A stretch of 64,000 bases of DNA from an uncultured Acidobacteriota bacterium (GCA_963836075.1 CAWIIB010000009.1:2592001-2656000), one strand, 5' to 3'; counted from the first letter of the stretch, positions 12,785-34,932 are shown. Numbers and translations are program-made. Notes: generated by a model not told the origin, from the letters alone.

Positions 12785-12901
12785 CTCGGCCGCGGGGAAC
12801 CCCGCGGTGCATGGTTTAGGGCGGGCGCGGGAGCAACCGCCACCCGTAATAAAAGATCTGATTTGTGGCGTGCCACAGAACGTGCAGAGGGAGATCGACA
12901 A

Positions 12902-13285
12902 ATGGCTGAACTCACCAACGAAGACCTGATCAAGCACATCGAGGAGATGAACGTGCTCCAGCTCAACGAGCTGGTCAAGGAGCTGGAGGAAAAATTCGGT
13001 GTCAGCGCCGCCATGGCTGCTCCGGTGGCAGTGGCTGCCGGTGGACCGGCCGCAGCCGAAGCTGCTGAGGAGCAGACCGAGTTCGACGTGATCCTCACCG
13101 CCATCGGTCCGAAGAAGATCAATGTGATCAAGGTGGTCCGCGAGGTCACCAGTCTCGGCCTGAAGGAAGCCAAGGAAGTGGTGGACAGCGCGCCCAAGGC
13201 GGTCAAGGAAGCCATCTCCAAGGACGAGGCCGAAACGGTCAAGGGCAAGCTGGAAGAAGTTGGAGCTACCGTCGAGATCAAGTAG
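12902..13285 (+). CDS. rplL: 50S ribosomal protein L7/L12
   Basis: [27 protein letters not shown]. Confidence 0.98.
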   Translation: MAELTNEDLIKHIEEMNVLQLNELVKELEEKFGVSAAMAAPVAVAAGGPAAAEAAEEQTEFDVILTAIGPKKINVIKVVREVTSLGLKEAKEVVDSAPKAVKEAISKDEAETVKGKLEEVGATVEIK

Positions 13286-13540
13286 TCGACGGTCAGCACT
13301 GATCTGGCTGTCGCTGCCTGGCCAACCGTCGGCGAGTTGAACGCGTCGCCGGGGAGAGGGGGCCGCAGACCTTCGAACCGTTTACAGTCAGACCGTGCCC
13401 TGCCGGCAGGCAGCGGGACCGCCGGGGCGGGTCCCGGGAGACCTCTACGGTTTCCCCGGTGAGCCCCGGACCTTTCCGTCGCCGGCTTCCGTGGCATGGC
13501 GCGGTGGACTAAATTCTTGATCAGGAGACCAGGAGTGCAC

Positions 13541-17843
<4,303 letters not shown>

Positions 17844-17915
17844 CGCGGGGCCCGGACCGCGTTCATGCCGGCCGCCGCGGCCGGCTCTATTCAGGGATCC
17901 GAAGGGAGGATTATC

Positions 17916-22145
<4,230 letters not shown>

Positions 22146-22252
22146 CGGGAAGGGACGATTCCCGGCCGCCACCGGGTGGCGGGCCGGGGGTGACCACGCG
22201 GAACTTGAAGAAAATTCGTATTTTACGAGTTTTGCAGACACTACGGATTTGC

Positions 22253-22281
22253 TTGACTTCCCGGTTGTCCTCTGCTAGAAT
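22253..22281 (+). promoter_or_regulatory. sigma70-type promoter for str operon
   Basis: TTGACT-17 nt-TAGAAT with extended -10 TG and AT-rich upstream DNA. Confidence 0.75.
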
Positions 22282-22368
22282 CCGCAGGTTTTTTTCTATA
22301 AATGAACTGGAGTGGTCAGACCCTGCGGGGCTGGTCAAAATGCTTGACTCCAGAGGAAGAATGTAACG

Positions 22369-22743
22369 ATGCCGACTATTCATCAACTTGTTCGAAAAGG
22401 CAGGAAGACAAAATCTTCCAAGACGGACAGTCCGGCCCTGCAAGGGTCGCCGCAGAAGCGTGGTGTTTGTGTCCGGGTCTATACCTCGACCCCCAAGAAG
22501 CCGAACTCGGCCCTCCGCAAGGTGGCCCGGGTGAGGTTGACCAACAGGATCGAGGTCACTACCTATATCCCGGGCATCGGACATACCCTCCAGGAACACT
22601 CCATCGTCCTCATTCGGGGCGGTAGGGTGAAAGATCTTCCCGGCGTGCGCTACCACGTGATCCGCGGCACCCTCGACTCGGTCGGAGTGGCTGATCGGCG
22701 ACAGAGCCGGTCGAAGTACGGGGCGAAGCGGCCCAAGTCCTGA
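22369..22743 (+). CDS. rpsL: 30S ribosomal protein S12
   Basis: [32 protein letters not shown]. Confidence 0.99.
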   Translation: MPTIHQLVRKGRKTKSSKTDSPALQGSPQKRGVCVRVYTSTPKKPNSALRKVARVRLTNRIEVTTYIPGIGHTLQEHSIVLIRGGRVKDLPGVRYHVIRGTLDSVGVADRRQSRSKYGAKRPKS

Positions 22744-22893
22744 TCTTCCTCCTTTCACAACCAAGTTGCTATCGGACAAGGGAATAGGTGCCGGCAGCCA
22801 TGGTGTTGCCGTTGACGTCGGCGGGGAAAACAGACCGCCGGCGGTTCCCGGGTGGCGGGGAACTCGAGTTTTTCATTGGGGAGTGTGTAGCCG

Positions 22894-23364
22894 ATGCCCA
22901 GAAGACGGGAAGTGCCGAAACGAGAGATCATACCCGATCCTCTCTACCAGAGCACGCTGGTGACCAAGTTCATCAACTGCATCATGCGTGACGGGAAAAA
23001 GAGCGTGGCCCAGAGTATTTTCTACGGCGCGCTGGACATCATCCGGGAACGGACCAAGGATGATCCGCTGAAAATTTTCAAGAAGGCGGTGGAGAACATC
23101 AAGCCCGCTCTCGAGGTGAAATCCCGCCGGGTGGGCGGTTCCACCTACCAGGTGCCCATCGAGGTTCGGCCGGCCAGGCGTCTCTCTTTGGCCCTGCGCT
23201 GGTTGATCAACTTTGCCAAGGCCCGGCCCGAGAAAACGATGCACGAACGGCTGGCCGGCGAGTTCCTCGACGCGGCGAACAACCGCGGCGCGGCGATCAA
23301 GAAGAAGGAAGACACGCACCGCATGGCGGAGGCCAACAAGGCTTTTGCCCATTACCGCTGGTAG
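22894..23364 (+). CDS. rpsG: 30S ribosomal protein S7
   Basis: [24 protein letters not shown]. Confidence 0.99.
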   Translation: MPRRREVPKREIIPDPLYQSTLVTKFINCIMRDGKKSVAQSIFYGALDIIRERTKDDPLKIFKKAVENIKPALEVKSRRVGGSTYQVPIEVRPARRLSLALRWLINFAKARPEKTMHERLAGEFLDAANNRGAAIKKKEDTHRMAEANKAFAHYRW

Positions 23365-23445
23365 TCACCGGCGGCATTCGACTGACCTGGATATCTGGGA
23401 AAGGCGACAGGGAGGCCCGGGACATCGTTGCCCGGGAATTGGACA

Positions 23446-25524
23446 GTGGCGAGAAAAGTCCCGCTGGAAAAAAACCGTAACATCGGTATCATGGCGCATA
23501 TCGATGCGGGTAAAACCACGACCACGGAACGGATTCTGTTCTACACCGGCAGAACCCACCGCCTGGGAGAGGTCCATGACGGCACCGCCACCATGGACTG
23601 GATGGACCAGGAGCAGGAACGTGGAATCACCATCACCTCCGCCGCCACCACCTGCAGCTGGAAAGATCACCGTATAAATATTATCGACACCCCGGGCCAC
23701 GTGGACTTCACTGCCGAGGTGGAGCGCAGCCTGCGGGTCCTTGACGGGGCCATTGTGGTCTTCTGCGCCGTGGGCGGTGTGGAGCCCCAGTCGGAGACGG
23801 TCTGGCGCCAGGCAGACAACTACAAGGTTCCCCGCCTGGCCTTCATCAACAAGATGGACCGCCAGGGCGCCGACTTCAACGGTTGTCTGCAGCAGATGCG
23901 CGACCGCCTGCATGCCAACCCCCTGCCGATCCAGATCCCCTGGGGCAGCGAGGACAATTTCCAGGGCGTCATCGACCTGATCCGGATGAAAGCCGTGGTC
24001 TGGGAGATGGAGAGCCAGGGGATGAACTACAAGCTGATCCCCATCCCCGAGGAGATGCAGGAAGAGGTCGATACGGCCCGTCTGGCCATGGTGGAGCAGA
24101 TCTGCGATCACGACGACGGCCTGATGGAGGACTACCTCCAGGGCCACGAGCTGAGCGAGGAACGGCTGGTGGCCGCGGTGCGCAAGGCGGTGATCAGCCT
24201 CGACGTCATCGCCACCTTCTGCGGGTCGGCATTCCACAACAAGGGCATCCAGCGGCTGCTGGACGGGGTGATCGATTTTCTCCCCTCCCCGCTGGACGTG
24301 GTGCCGATGAGCGGCATCGATCCCGATTCGGGAAAGACGGTGACCCGTCCCGCCGAGGACGAGGGGCCGTTGTCCGGACTGGTCTTCAAGATCATGACCG
24401 ACCCCTTCGTCGGGCAACTGGCCTTTATCCGGCTCTACTCCGGCCGCCTGGCCACCGGAACCAAGGTCTTCCTGCCGAGCATCAACCGCACCGAGCGGAT
24501 CGGCCGCCTGCTGAAGATCCACGCCAGCAAGCGGGAAGAGGTGGACGAGGTTTACGCCGGCGACATCGCCGCGGTGGTGGGCCTGAAGACGGTGGGCACC
24601 GGCGAAACAATCTGCGATGTGAAGCAGCCGGTGGTACTGGAGACCATGGATTTCCCCGAACCGGTGCTCTCGGTGGCCATCGAGCCGAAGACCAAGGCCG
24701 ACGAGGAGAAGCTGGGAATGGTGCTGGGCAAGCTGGTCCAGGAGGATCCCACATTCCGGGTCAACCTGGACAAGGAGACCGGGCAGACGATCATCTCCGG
24801 CATGGGCGAGCTGCACCTCGACGTGCTGGTGCAGCGCATCGTGCGCGACTTCAAGATCGAGGCCAGCGTGGGCCGCCCCCAGGTGGCCTACCGCGAAACC
24901 ATCACCCGGCTCTGCGAAGGCGAGACAAGGTTTGTCCGGCAGACCGGCGGCCGCGGCCAGTACGGCCACGTCAAGCTGACCCTCGAGCCCGGGGAAAAGG
25001 CAGCCGGCTACCAGTTCGAGAGCAAGATTCACGGCGGGGCCATCCCCCGTGAATACATCCCTGCCGTGGAGAAGGGCATCAAGGAGTCGCTGCAGCGCGG
25101 CTTCCTCGCCGGCTACGAGCTGGTGGATATCAAGGCCACCCTGCTGGACGGTTCGTTCCACGAGGTGGACTCCTCGGAAATGGCCTTCAAGATTGCCGGC
25201 TCCATGGCCGCCCGCGACGCGGTGGGCCGTGGTGAGCCGGTGCTTCTCGAGCCGCAGATGAAAGTGGAAGTCACCGTACCCGAGGCCTTCATGGGGGACG
25301 TGATGGGTGACCTGAACAGCCGCCGGGGACGGATCGGAGAACTGGGCACCAGGCGCAACCTGCAGGTCATCTCGGCGGTGGTGCCGCTGGCCGAAATGTT
25401 CGGGTATGCCACCGACCTGCGGTCGATGACCCAGGGCCGGGCGGATTACACAATGGAGTTCAAGCAGTACGGAGAGGTTCCCAAGAAAGTCAGGGACGAT
25501 ATTCTCGCCAAGACTGTGGGCTAG
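23446..25524 (+). CDS. fusA: Elongation factor G
   Basis: [28 protein letters not shown]; str operon position. Confidence 0.98.
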   Translation: MARKVPLEKNRNIGIMAHIDAGKTTTTERILFYTGRTHRLGEVHDGTATMDWMDQEQERGITITSAATTCSWKDHRINIIDTPGHVDFTAEVERSLRVLDGAIVVFCAVGGVEPQSETVWRQADNYKVPRLAFINKMDRQGADFNGCLQQMRDRLHANPLPIQIPWGSEDNFQGVIDLIRMKAVVWEMESQGMNYKLIPIPEEMQEEVDTARLAMVEQICDHDDGLMEDYLQGHELSEERLVAAVRKAVISLDVIATFCGSAFHNKGIQRLLDGVIDFLPSPLDVVPMSGIDPDSGKTVTRPAEDEGPLSGLVFKIMTDPFVGQLAFIRLYSGRLATGTKVFLPSINRTERIGRLLKIHASKREEVDEVYAGDIAAVVGLKTVGTGETICDVKQPVVLETMDFPEPVLSVAIEPKTKADEEKLGMVLGKLVQEDPTFRVNLDKETGQTIISGMGELHLDVLVQRIVRDFKIEASVGRPQVAYRETITRLCEGETRFVRQTGGRGQYGHVKLTLEPGEKAAGYQFESKIHGGAIPREYIPAVEKGIKESLQRGFLAGYELVDIKATLLDGSFHEVDSSEMAFKIAGSMAARDAVGRGEPVLLEPQMKVEVTVPEAFMGDVMGDLNSRRGRIGELGTRRNLQVISAVVPLAEMFGYATDLRSMTQGRADYTMEFKQYGEVPKKVRDDILAKTVG

Positions 25525-25587
25525 TTTAATTTATCTATCGTCACCGGTACGGATGGCGGAAAACGGGACGGGAAAAGGAGAGCTCCG

Positions 25588-26781
<1,194 letters not shown>

Positions 26782-26836
26782 CTGTGACGGCCCCTGGCCC
26801 GCTCCAGGGCGCGGCGGGCCGGAGGATTGGAAGGCG

Positions 26837-27148
26837 ATGAACGAACGGATTCGAATCAGGCTCAAGGCTTACGATTACCGGGTGCTGGACCGCTCCACCG
26901 GCGAGATCGTTGAGACCGCCCGGCGCACCGGCGCGCGGGTGGCCGGACCGATCCCGCTGCCCACCAGCATCAACCGCTACTGCGTGCTCCGCTCGCCCCA
27001 CGTGGACAAGAAGTCCCGGGAGCAGTTCGAGATTCGCACGCACAAACGGCTGATGGACTTGCTGGAGCCGACACCGGACACGGTGGAGGCCTTGATGAAG
27101 CTCGACCTCCCGGCCGGTGTGGACGTGGAGATCAAGGCGCTGAAGTAG
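26837..27148 (+). CDS. rpsJ: 30S ribosomal protein S10
   Basis: [23 protein letters not shown]. Confidence 0.99.
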   Translation: MNERIRIRLKAYDYRVLDRSTGEIVETARRTGARVAGPIPLPTSINRYCVLRSPHVDKKSREQFEIRTHKRLMDLLEPTPDTVEALMKLDLPAGVDVEIKALK

Positions 27149-27261
27149 CCGCGGGGCGAACGGCGCGTTTCCCGGTAGCAGGTACCGGCCCCGGACCGCG
27201 GTCAACCGCCGCCCGGGGACGGCATGATGCCCGGCTGGAGTTTAAGGCAGGAACACGAGAG

Positions 27262-27927
27262 ATGGTCAGCGGAATCATCGGAAAAAAGATCGGCATGACC
27301 CAACTCTTTGACGAGAGCGGCGTGGTCACGCCGGCCACGGTGCTCGAAGTGGGGCCCTGCGTGGTGCTGCAGAAACGCACCATGGAGCGGGATGGCTACT
27401 GCGCCGTCCAACTGGGCCTGGTGGAGCACCTCAACTGGAAGAAGATCAACAAGCCCCTGGAAGGCCACATCAAGCGGGCCGCTGCCGAAGCCGACCCGGA
27501 GGGTGGAAAACAGCTGCCGCCGATGAAATTCCTGCGGGAATTCCCCCTCGACGAGGGGGGTGACGAGGTGGCGGTGGGTGACCAGGTGCTGGTGAACATC
27601 TTCAAGGCTGAAGACTATGTCACCATCATCGGCAAGAGCAAGGGCGCCGGGTTCGCCGGCGTGATCAAGCGCCACGGTTTTGGCGGCGGCCGGGCGACCC
27701 ACGGGTCGATGTTCCATCGGGCCCCCGGTTCCATCGGCTGTTCAGCCTATCCGGCCCGGGTGTTCAAGGGGCGGAAAATGCCCGGGCAGCTGGGTGCCAA
27801 GCGGGTGACCGTGAAGAATCTGAAAGTGGTTAAGGTTGACGAGGAGAAGAACCTACTCGTAGTGAAGGGTGCCGTTCCGGGCGCAAAGGGCGGTTACCTG
27901 CTGATCAGCAAATCGGTTGGCAAGTGA
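27262..27927 (+). CDS. rplC: 50S ribosomal protein L3
   Basis: [25 protein letters not shown]. Confidence 0.98.
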   Translation: MVSGIIGKKIGMTQLFDESGVVTPATVLEVGPCVVLQKRTMERDGYCAVQLGLVEHLNWKKINKPLEGHIKRAAAEADPEGGKQLPPMKFLREFPLDEGGDEVAVGDQVLVNIFKAEDYVTIIGKSKGAGFAGVIKRHGFGGGRATHGSMFHRAPGSIGCSAYPARVFKGRKMPGQLGAKRVTVKNLKVVKVDEEKNLLVVKGAVPGAKGGYLLISKSVGK

Positions 27928-27971
27928 CCATGACCTCCGGTTCACACTCTCGCGGGGAGGGGAGTAAGGCA

Positions 27972-28598
27972 ATGCCGAATGTCGAAGTGAAAAACCTGAA
28001 GAACGAGGTGGTGGAGCAGATCACACTGCCTGATGCGGTCTTTGGCGCGGAAGTGAACGAAAATGCACTCTTCGCCGCGGTCCGGCACTACCTGGCCTGC
28101 GGGCGCGGCGGAAACGCCTCGACCAAGAATCGTGTTGACGTTCGCGGCGGCGGAAAGAAGCCGTGGCGGCAGAAGGGCACCGGCCGCGCCCGGGCCGGAA
28201 CCGTGCGCAGCCCGCTGTGGCGTGGCGGCGGAACGGTCCACGGTCCGAAACCGCGGAGCTACTCCTACAAGCTGCCCAAGAAAGTCCGCTGGCTGGCCAT
28301 CCGATCAGCGCTGTCGCAGAAGCTGGCCGAGGACAAGATCACCGTGGTGCAGGACTTCGAACTGCCGACCTTCAAGACCAAGGGCCTGGTGGATATCCTC
28401 CAGGGCCTGGGCGTGGACCGCAAGGCGCTGCTGGTGGACGCGGAAGGTAACCACAACCTCAGCCTGGCCTCGCGGAACATCCCTGGGGTCAAGCAGGTCC
28501 GTCCACTGGCGGTGAACGTCTACGACGTGCTGAAACACGATCGCCTGATTCTCTCCAGGCAGGCCGCGGCCGAAATCGGGGAGGTCTACGGGCGATGA
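27972..28598 (+). CDS. rplD: 50S ribosomal protein L4
   Basis: KPWRQKGTGRARAG, WRGGGTVHGPKPR. Confidence 0.98.
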   Translation: MPNVEVKNLKNEVVEQITLPDAVFGAEVNENALFAAVRHYLACGRGGNASTKNRVDVRGGGKKPWRQKGTGRARAGTVRSPLWRGGGTVHGPKPRSYSYKLPKKVRWLAIRSALSQKLAEDKITVVQDFELPTFKTKGLVDILQGLGVDRKALLVDAEGNHNLSLASRNIPGVKQVRPLAVNVYDVLKHDRLILSRQAAAEIGEVYGR

Positions 28599-28888
28599 GA
28601 TCATCGAGAGAGGTAATTCGCAGGCCGGTGATCACCGAGAAGAGCACCATTGTCAAGGACAACCATGGCATCCTCTGTTTCGAGGTGGCGTCGGACGCTA
28701 ACAAGATCGAGGTCAAGCGGGCGATCCAGGAGATTTTTGGTGTGCGGGTGGAATCGGTGAAGATGGCCAATATCCTGGGCAAGGTCAAGCGGGTGGGGCG
28801 CAACGTCGGCGCCCGGGCCAGCTGGAAAAAAGCCTACGTCAAACTGGCCGAAGGGGAGAAGACCATCGAGTATTTCGAGGGTGCCTGA
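28595..28888 (+). CDS. rplW: 50S ribosomal protein L23
   Basis: PVITEKS, ANKIEVK, WKKAYVKL. Confidence 0.97.
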   Translation: MRSSREVIRRPVITEKSTIVKDNHGILCFEVASDANKIEVKRAIQEIFGVRVESVKMANILGKVKRVGRNVGARASWKKAYVKLAEGEKTIEYFEGA

Positions 28889-28955
28889 CCGCTGGTCCGG
28901 CTCCCGGCCGCTCTGCTGAGCGGCGGCATACTCCCGGCGACTTGGAGAGATTAAG

Positions 28956-29780
28956 ATGGCGATCAAGAAATACAAACCGACTTCTCCCGGCAGGCGGTTC
29001 CAGACGGTGTCCACCTTCGACGACATCACTGCCAGCAGGCCAAACAAGAGCCTGCTGGACAAGAAGGTGCGCAGTGGAGGCCGCAACAACTACGGCCGGA
29101 TCGCGATGCGCCGCCGCGGCGGGGGACACAAGAAGCGTTACCGGATCATTGATTTCCGCCGCAACAAGTTTGATGTGCCGGCCCGGGTGGCGACCATCGA
29201 GTACGACCCGAACCGTTCGGCCAACATCGCCCTGCTGCACTACGCCGACGGTGAGAAGCGCTATATCCTGGCGCCGCTGGGCCTCAAGGTGGGTGACAGC
29301 GTGGTGAGCAGCGAGCGGGCGGACATCACCGCCGGGAACACGCTGCCCCTGCACGCCATTCCGCTGGGCACCCAGGTGCACAACATCGAGCTGCACATCG
29401 GCGGCGGCGGCCAGATGGTTCGCGCAGCCGGCTGCTCGGCCCAGGTGATGGCCAAGGAAGGGACCTACGCCCAGATCCGGATGCCTTCCGGCGAAGTGCG
29501 CAAAGTGCACATGAAGTGCATGGCCACCATCGGCCAGGTGGGCAACATCGACCAGGAAAAAGTCTCCCTGGGCAAGGCCGGGCGCAAGCGCTGGCTCGGA
29601 CGGCGGCCCAAGGTTCGTGGTGTGGCGATGAACCCGGTGGATCACCCCCACGGCGGCGGCGAGGGCCGGACTTCCGGCGGCCGCCACCCGGTGACCCCAT
29701 GGGGCAAGCCGACCAAGGGATACAAGACGCGGAAGAAGAGAAAAGACTCGAGCAAATATATTGTCAAGCGGCGTAAGTAA
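28956..29780 (+). CDS. rplB: 50S ribosomal protein L2
   Basis: [24 protein letters not shown]. Confidence 0.99.
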   Translation: MAIKKYKPTSPGRRFQTVSTFDDITASRPNKSLLDKKVRSGGRNNYGRIAMRRRGGGHKKRYRIIDFRRNKFDVPARVATIEYDPNRSANIALLHYADGEKRYILAPLGLKVGDSVVSSERADITAGNTLPLHAIPLGTQVHNIELHIGGGGQMVRAAGCSAQVMAKEGTYAQIRMPSGEVRKVHMKCMATIGQVGNIDQEKVSLGKAGRKRWLGRRPKVRGVAMNPVDHPHGGGEGRTSGGRHPVTPWGKPTKGYKTRKKRKDSSKYIVKRRK

Positions 29781-29798
29781 CGCCGGAGGAAGGGAACC

Positions 29799-30089
29799 AT
29801 GTCCAGGTCGCTGAAAAAAGGACCCTACGTGGAAGCCTCGCTGGAGAAGGCTGTCGACCGGATGAACGCCCGGTCGGAGCATCGGGTCATCAAGACCTAT
29901 TCACGGCGCTCCACCGTCACTCCCGAGATGGTGGGCCACACGTTCGCGGTGCACAACGGCAAGAAATTTATTCCTGTCTTCATCACCGAGAACATGGTGG
30001 GGCACAAGGTCGGGGAATTCTCCCCTACGCGAACCTTCCGCGGTCACATCGACCGGAAGTCGGACAGGGCCGCCAGGATGAGGAAGTAG
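29799..30089 (+). CDS. rpsS: 30S ribosomal protein S19
   Basis: [24 protein letters not shown]. Confidence 0.98.
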   Translation: MSRSLKKGPYVEASLEKAVDRMNARSEHRVIKTYSRRSTVTPEMVGHTFAVHNGKKFIPVFITENMVGHKVGEFSPTRTFRGHIDRKSDRAARMRK

Positions 30090-30185
30090 CCGCCGCGAGC
30101 GGGTTCCGCCGGGAACCAGGCAGCGGGGTGGCGCAGGGAGCGCGGCCGGCTGGCGGGCACCGGGGAATGACACGGAGACGTGCAG

Positions 30186-30536
30186 ATGATAGCCAAAGCG
30201 TCGATTAGATACAGGAGAGGGTCGGCCCAGAAGGCGCGCCTGGTGGCCGACTTGATTCGCGGGAAAAGGGTGGAGGAGGCGCTCTCCATCCTGCAGTTCT
30301 CCCGCAAATTCGCTGCCCGGGATCTGGCCAAGCTGCTCAACTCGGCGGTGGCCAATGCTGAACAGAATCCAGAGTTGCGTGACGTGGACAACCTGTTTAT
30401 CAGCCGGATCACTGTGGACGAGGGCCCGATGATGAAAAGGATCCAGCCGCGGGCCATGGGGCGCGCCTTCCGGATCCTCAAGCGGTCGAGCCATATCTGC
30501 CTTCAGCTGGAGGAGAAGCGGGAGACCGGCGCCTGA
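30186..30536 (+). CDS. rplV: 50S ribosomal protein L22
   Basis: [26 protein letters not shown]; alternative GTG at 30180. Confidence 0.97.
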   Translation: MIAKASIRYRRGSAQKARLVADLIRGKRVEEALSILQFSRKFAARDLAKLLNSAVANAEQNPELRDVDNLFISRITVDEGPMMKRIQPRAMGRAFRILKRSSHICLQLEEKRETGA

Positions 30537-30599
30537 CCGGCAGCGCCCGGCAGGAGCAGCGGGGTTTCCCGCGTCATTGGATAGAACGGAGGTGATACC

Positions 30600-31262
30600 T
30601 TGGGTCAGAAAGTTCATCCATTCGGGTTTCGGCTCGGATACAACAAGACCTGGCACTCGCGGTGGTACGCCAAGAAAGGTTTTGGGGCCACCCTTCTGGA
30701 GGACGTCCGCCTCCGCCGGGAGCTGAAGAAAAAGCTCTACCACGCCGGTGTGAGCAACGTGGACATCGAGCGGGCAGCGAACAAGCTGAAGATCAACATC
30801 CTCTCGGCCAGGCCCGGTATCATCATCGGCCGCAAGGGGACCGAAATCGACCGGCTGAAGGCCCAGATCAAGCGCCAGACCGGCAAGGATGTCTACATCA
30901 ACATCCTCGAGATCACCCGTCCGGAGCTTGACGCCCAGCTGGTCAGCGAGCATATCGCCCTGCAGCTGGAAAAGCGGATCGCCTTCCGCAAGGCGATGCG
31001 CAAATCGGTGGAATCGGCCCTGCGCTTCGGCGCCAAGGGGATCAAGATCCGCTGTGCCGGCCGGCTGAACGGGGCGGAAATCGCCCGGGCCGAATGGTAT
31101 CTCGAAGGCCAGCTGCCGCTGCACACCCTGCGGGCGGACATCGATTACGGGGTGGCCGAGTCCAAGACCACCTTCGGCCAGATCGGGGTCAAGGTCTGGA
31201 TCTATCGCGGAGAGAAATTGCCCGGGCAGCCGGCGGCGGTCAAGCGTCCGCCCAGAAGCTGA
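30600..31262 (+). CDS. rpsC: 30S ribosomal protein S3 (TTG start)
   Basis: [33 protein letters not shown]. Confidence 0.98.
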   Translation: MGQKVHPFGFRLGYNKTWHSRWYAKKGFGATLLEDVRLRRELKKKLYHAGVSNVDIERAANKLKINILSARPGIIIGRKGTEIDRLKAQIKRQTGKDVYINILEITRPELDAQLVSEHIALQLEKRIAFRKAMRKSVESALRFGAKGIKIRCAGRLNGAEIARAEWYLEGQLPLHTLRADIDYGVAESKTTFGQIGVKVWIYRGEKLPGQPAAVKRPPRS

Positions 31263-31329
31263 GTCGGGGTTGTTGTTCGGCGCCGCCGGCCACAGGCCGC
31301 CGGCCCTCATCGGATCGAGTTGAATCGTT

Positions 31330-31746
31330 ATGCTGATACCAAAAAAGGTCAAGCACAGAAAAGTGCAGCGGGGCAGGCGCAAGGGCAAGGCCTGGCGCGG
31401 CTCGAGTATCGAGTTCGGGCAATTCGGGCTCAAGGCGCTTGAGGCCGGCTGGATCACCAACCGTCAGATCGAGGCGGCCCGTATCGCCATCACCCGTCAC
31501 ATGAAGCGCGGGGGCAAACTCTGGATTCGTGTGTTCCCCGACAAGCCCATCTCCAAGAAACCCCTGGAGACCAGAATGGGCAAGGGCAAGGGGCCGCCAG
31601 AGGCGTGGGTTGCCGTGGTGCGGCCCGGGAAAGTCCTCTATGAACTGGCGGGCGTTCCGGAAGACGTGGCCAAGCGGGCCGTGGTGCTGGCCGGGGCCAA
31701 ATTGCCGATCAAGGTCAGGTTCGTTTCACGGACCGACATGCCGTAA
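31330..31746 (+). CDS. rplP: 50S ribosomal protein L16
   Basis: [15 protein letters not shown]. Confidence 0.98.
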   Translation: MLIPKKVKHRKVQRGRRKGKAWRGSSIEFGQFGLKALEAGWITNRQIEAARIAITRHMKRGGKLWIRVFPDKPISKKPLETRMGKGKGPPEAWVAVVRPGKVLYELAGVPEDVAKRAVVLAGAKLPIKVRFVSRTDMP

Positions 31747-31761
31747 GCCGAGGAGGATCCG

Positions 31762-31968
31762 ATGAAGGCGGACAAGCTCAGGGATTTGAGCCCCGACGAG
31801 CTGGCGGCAAAGGAGAAGGAGCTTCAGGAAGCCGTGTTCAAGCTCCGTTTCCAGCTGGCCACCGGGCAGATTGATGACCCTGTCAAGATAAGACACGTGC
31901 GGAAGGATCTGGCCCGGGTGAAGACCATTCGACACGAAAGGGCCGGAAGCAAGGTCAAGAATGGATAA
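31762..31968 (+). CDS. rpmC: 50S ribosomal protein L29
   Basis: [20 protein letters not shown]. Confidence 0.96.
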   Translation: MKADKLRDLSPDELAAKEKELQEAVFKLRFQLATGQIDDPVKIRHVRKDLARVKTIRHERAGSKVKNG

Positions 31969-32224
31969 GACAATCGAGAGAAAGCGGATCACCCAGACGG
32001 GCATCGTGGTCAGTGACGCGATGGACAAGACTGTGGTGGTGGAAGTGGAGCGGCGCAACCCGCACCCCGTCTACAACCGGATCGTCAGGCGGTCCAACCG
32101 TTTCATGTGCCACGACGAAGAGAATGCATGCCAGGCCGGTGACAAGGTCCGGATCATCGAGTCGCGGCCATTGAGCAAGCGGAAGCGGTGGCGGGTCAAG
32201 GAAATCGTTGCCAAGGCCCGCTAG
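31961..32224 (+). CDS. rpsQ: 30S ribosomal protein S17
   Basis: [23 protein letters not shown]. Confidence 0.97.
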   Translation: MDKTIERKRITQTGIVVSDAMDKTVVVEVERRNPHPVYNRIVRRSNRFMCHDEENACQAGDKVRIIESRPLSKRKRWRVKEIVAKAR

Positions 32225-32284
32225 GTCCGCCGGTCAGTGCAGACTCTCCGCCCTGCGGGGACTTGGGAGAGGCGTGAGGATGCC

Positions 32285-32653
32285 ATGATTCAGATGGGAA
32301 CCATACTCAAGGTCGCGGACAACTCCGGGGCCAAGCGGATCGCCTGCATCAAGCTCAAGGGGAGTTCGGTGGGCCAGACCGGAACGCTCGGTGACGTGAT
32401 CACGGCCAGTGTCAAGGAATCCGCCCCCAACGCGGCGGTGAAAAAGGGCACGGTGGTCAGGGCGGTGATCGTTCGCACGGCGAAGGAACACCGCCGGCGG
32501 GACGGAAGCTACATCCGCTTCGACAACAATTCCGCGGTACTGATCAACGATGCCGGCGAGCCCGTGGGCACCCGCGTTTTCGGCCCGGTGGGCCGCGAGC
32601 TGCGGGAGAAGAAGTTCATGAAGATCATCTCCCTGGCCCCCGAGGTGCTCTAA
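32285..32653 (+). CDS. rplN: 50S ribosomal protein L14
   Basis: [25 protein letters not shown]. Confidence 0.98.
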   Translation: MIQMGTILKVADNSGAKRIACIKLKGSSVGQTGTLGDVITASVKESAPNAAVKKGTVVRAVIVRTAKEHRRRDGSYIRFDNNSAVLINDAGEPVGTRVFGPVGRELREKKFMKIISLAPEVL

Positions 32654-32667
32654 CGGAGTGAAGATCG

Positions 32668-33003
32668 ATGGCTATTCAGAGATGCCACATTCGCAAGAAC
32701 GACATGGTCAAGGTTCTCTCCGGTAAGGACCGGGGGAAGACCGGCAAGGTGCTCAAGGTCCTGCCGGCCAAGAACCGGGTGGTGGTGGAGAATATCAACT
32801 TCATCAAACGGCATACCAGGGCCAACCCCTCGAAGAACGTCCAGGGAGGGGTTCTGGAGAAGGAACTGCCCATCGTCGCTTCAAACCTGATCGTTATCTG
32901 TCCGGAGTGCAGCGCGCCGACACGGGTCGGCCACCGGCACCTCGAGGACGGAAAGAGCGTGCGGGTTTGCAAAAAGTGCGACGGGGTGATTGACAAGCTG
33001 TGA
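32668..33003 (+). CDS. rplX: 50S ribosomal protein L24
   Basis: GKDRGKTGKV KOW motif; CPEC...CKKC. Confidence 0.97.
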   Translation: MAIQRCHIRKNDMVKVLSGKDRGKTGKVLKVLPAKNRVVVENINFIKRHTRANPSKNVQGGVLEKELPIVASNLIVICPECSAPTRVGHRHLEDGKSVRVCKKCDGVIDKL

Positions 33004-33065
33004 CCGGCGGGAGCCGACACCTCGGCCGCGGGCGGCCGTGATCGGCTCACCTCCCGGAGGACGCT

Positions 33066-33605
33066 ATGGTACGATTGAAGGAAAAATACAAGAGTGACGT
33101 GATCCCGCAGCTCGAGAAGGAGTTCGAGTACGGGAACGTCAACGCCATTCCCCGGCTGGTGAAGATCAACGTCAACATGGGTGTGGGTGACGCGATCCAG
33201 AACGCCAAGGTTCTCGACTCCGCCGGTGAGCAACTTGCGGCGATCACCGGGCAGAAGGCGGCGGTGCGCCGCGCCCGGAAATCCATCGCCGCCTTCAAAC
33301 TCCGCGAGGGGATGCCGGTGGGGCTGACCGTCACCCTGCGCGGCGACCGGATGTGGGAGTTCCTCGACCGGTTGATCGCCATCGCCCTGCCCCGCGTGCG
33401 CGATTTCCGTGGCATTTCGAGCAAGGCCTTTGACGGCCGGGGCAATTACACTCTGGGGCTCAAGGACCAGCTGATCTTCCCCGAGATCAACTACGCCAAG
33501 GTGGAGCAGACCCGGGGGATGAACGTGACCATGGTGACCACCGCCAAAACAGACGAGGAAGCCCGGTTTCTGCTTAAGGAACTGGGCATGCCGTTCGCCG
33601 GATAG
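33066..33605 (+). CDS. rplE: 50S ribosomal protein L5
   Basis: [19 protein letters not shown]. Confidence 0.98.
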   Translation: MVRLKEKYKSDVIPQLEKEFEYGNVNAIPRLVKINVNMGVGDAIQNAKVLDSAGEQLAAITGQKAAVRRARKSIAAFKLREGMPVGLTVTLRGDRMWEFLDRLIAIALPRVRDFRGISSKAFDGRGNYTLGLKDQLIFPEINYAKVEQTRGMNVTMVTTAKTDEEARFLLKELGMPFAG

Positions 33606-33616
33606 GGAGAAGCCAC

Positions 33617-33799
33617 GTGGCAAGAAAAGCTCTGATCGCCAAATCGAAGAGACGGCCCCGGTTCACGGTGCGGCACCGCAATCGTTGTCAGATTTGCGGC
33701 CGCCCCCGCGGATACATGAGGAAATTCGAAATCTGCAGGCTGTGCTTTCGCAAGCTGGCCCTGCAGGGAGAAATTCCGGGGATCATCAAATCGAGCTGA
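33617..33799 (+). CDS. rpsN: 30S ribosomal protein S14 type Z
   Basis: RCQICGRPRG, ICRLCFR. Confidence 0.96.
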   Translation: MARKALIAKSKRRPRFTVRHRNRCQICGRPRGYMRKFEICRLCFRKLALQGEIPGIIKSS

Positions 33800-33873
33800 G
33801 TCCGGCGGGGGAGCGGCCGGCAGACTGGCTTCCCACGGCGGGCCGTGACGATTATTATTCCAGGAGAGTTGTG

Positions 33874-34275
33874 ATGACCATGACCGATCCCATTGCGGAT
33901 TTCCTGACCCGGATTCGCAACGCCATCATGGCGGGCCACCAGAAGGTGGAGATGCCCCTGTCCCGGACAAAGGAACAGTTGTCCGTCATCCTCAAGGAGG
34001 AGGGCTATGTCAACGGTTTCGAGACCCTGAGACCCGAGGACGGGCACCCCTCGCTGAGGGTCTTCCTCAAGTACGGGCCGGATGGTGAAAAAGTGGTCAA
34101 CGGACTGGAGCGGGTGAGCAAGCCCGGATGCCGTGTCTACGTGGGGAGCAAGGATATCCCCGAGGTGCTCGGCGGCATGGGAATCAACATCCTCACTACC
34201 TCTCGCGGGTTGATGACCGGGGCCCGGGCCCGGAGCGAATCCCTCGGGGGAGAGGTTCTGTGCAACGTTTGGTGA
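33874..34275 (+). CDS. rpsH: 30S ribosomal protein S8
   Basis: MTDPIADFLTRIRNA, SKPGCRVY, GGEVLCNVW. Confidence 0.98.
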   Translation: MTMTDPIADFLTRIRNAIMAGHQKVEMPLSRTKEQLSVILKEEGYVNGFETLRPEDGHPSLRVFLKYGPDGEKVVNGLERVSKPGCRVYVGSKDIPEVLGGMGINILTTSRGLMTGARARSESLGGEVLCNVW

Positions 34276-34346
34276 TGCGGGCGAACGGGATTCCGGCGAT
34301 CCGCCCGAGTTCCGGTACCCCGATCGGCCAGAGGAGATAGCGGTCA

Positions 34347-34889
34347 ATGTCCAGAGTGGGAAAGAAACCGATTCCCGTGCCCTCCGGGGTCACGGTGACC
34401 ATTGAGCCCGGGTCCGTGCACGTCAAGGGCCCCAAGGGCGAGCTGACCACGGCGGTGATAAAGGGCGTCACCGTGGAGCAGGAGAACGGCAATATCCTGG
34501 TCAAGCGGGGCGACGACTCCAAGGAGCAGCGGTCGTTTCACGGCCTGGTGCGCGCTCTGGTGGCCAACACGGTCAAGGGTGTCTCCGAGGGGTTCAAGAA
34601 GGAGCTGACCATCGTTGGCATCGGCTACAAGGCGGTGGTCGAGGGGAAGGACAAGGTGGTTTTCCACCTCGGCTATTCCCACACCATCGACTTTCCCGTC
34701 CCGGACGGCATCAGCATCTCCGTGGACAAGAAGCAGACCGCCGTGGTGGTGGAAGGGATCGACCGCCAGCAGGTGGGTCAGGTGGCCGCCGAAATCCGCG
34801 CCCTGCGCAAACCCGAGCCTTACAAGGGCAAGGGGGTTCGCTACGCGGATGAGGTGGTGAAACGGAAGCAGGGCAAGACCAGCGCCTGA
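34347..34889 (+). CDS. rplF: 50S ribosomal protein L6
   Basis: MSRVGKKPI, PEPYKGKGVRY. Confidence 0.98.
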   Translation: MSRVGKKPIPVPSGVTVTIEPGSVHVKGPKGELTTAVIKGVTVEQENGNILVKRGDDSKEQRSFHGLVRALVANTVKGVSEGFKKELTIVGIGYKAVVEGKDKVVFHLGYSHTIDFPVPDGISISVDKKQTAVVVEGIDRQQVGQVAAEIRALRKPEPYKGKGVRYADEVVKRKQGKTSA

Positions 34890-34932
34890 TCGGGCCGGCA
34901 ACGGCCGGGTGGAACAACCGGACGAGGGGAAG

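Noticed and set aside
33797-33799. TGA-as-Trp recoding suggested by the S14 end
   Set aside because: TGA terminates many genes at their expected ends (rplM, tsf, frr, rplK) and Trp is TGG elsewhere
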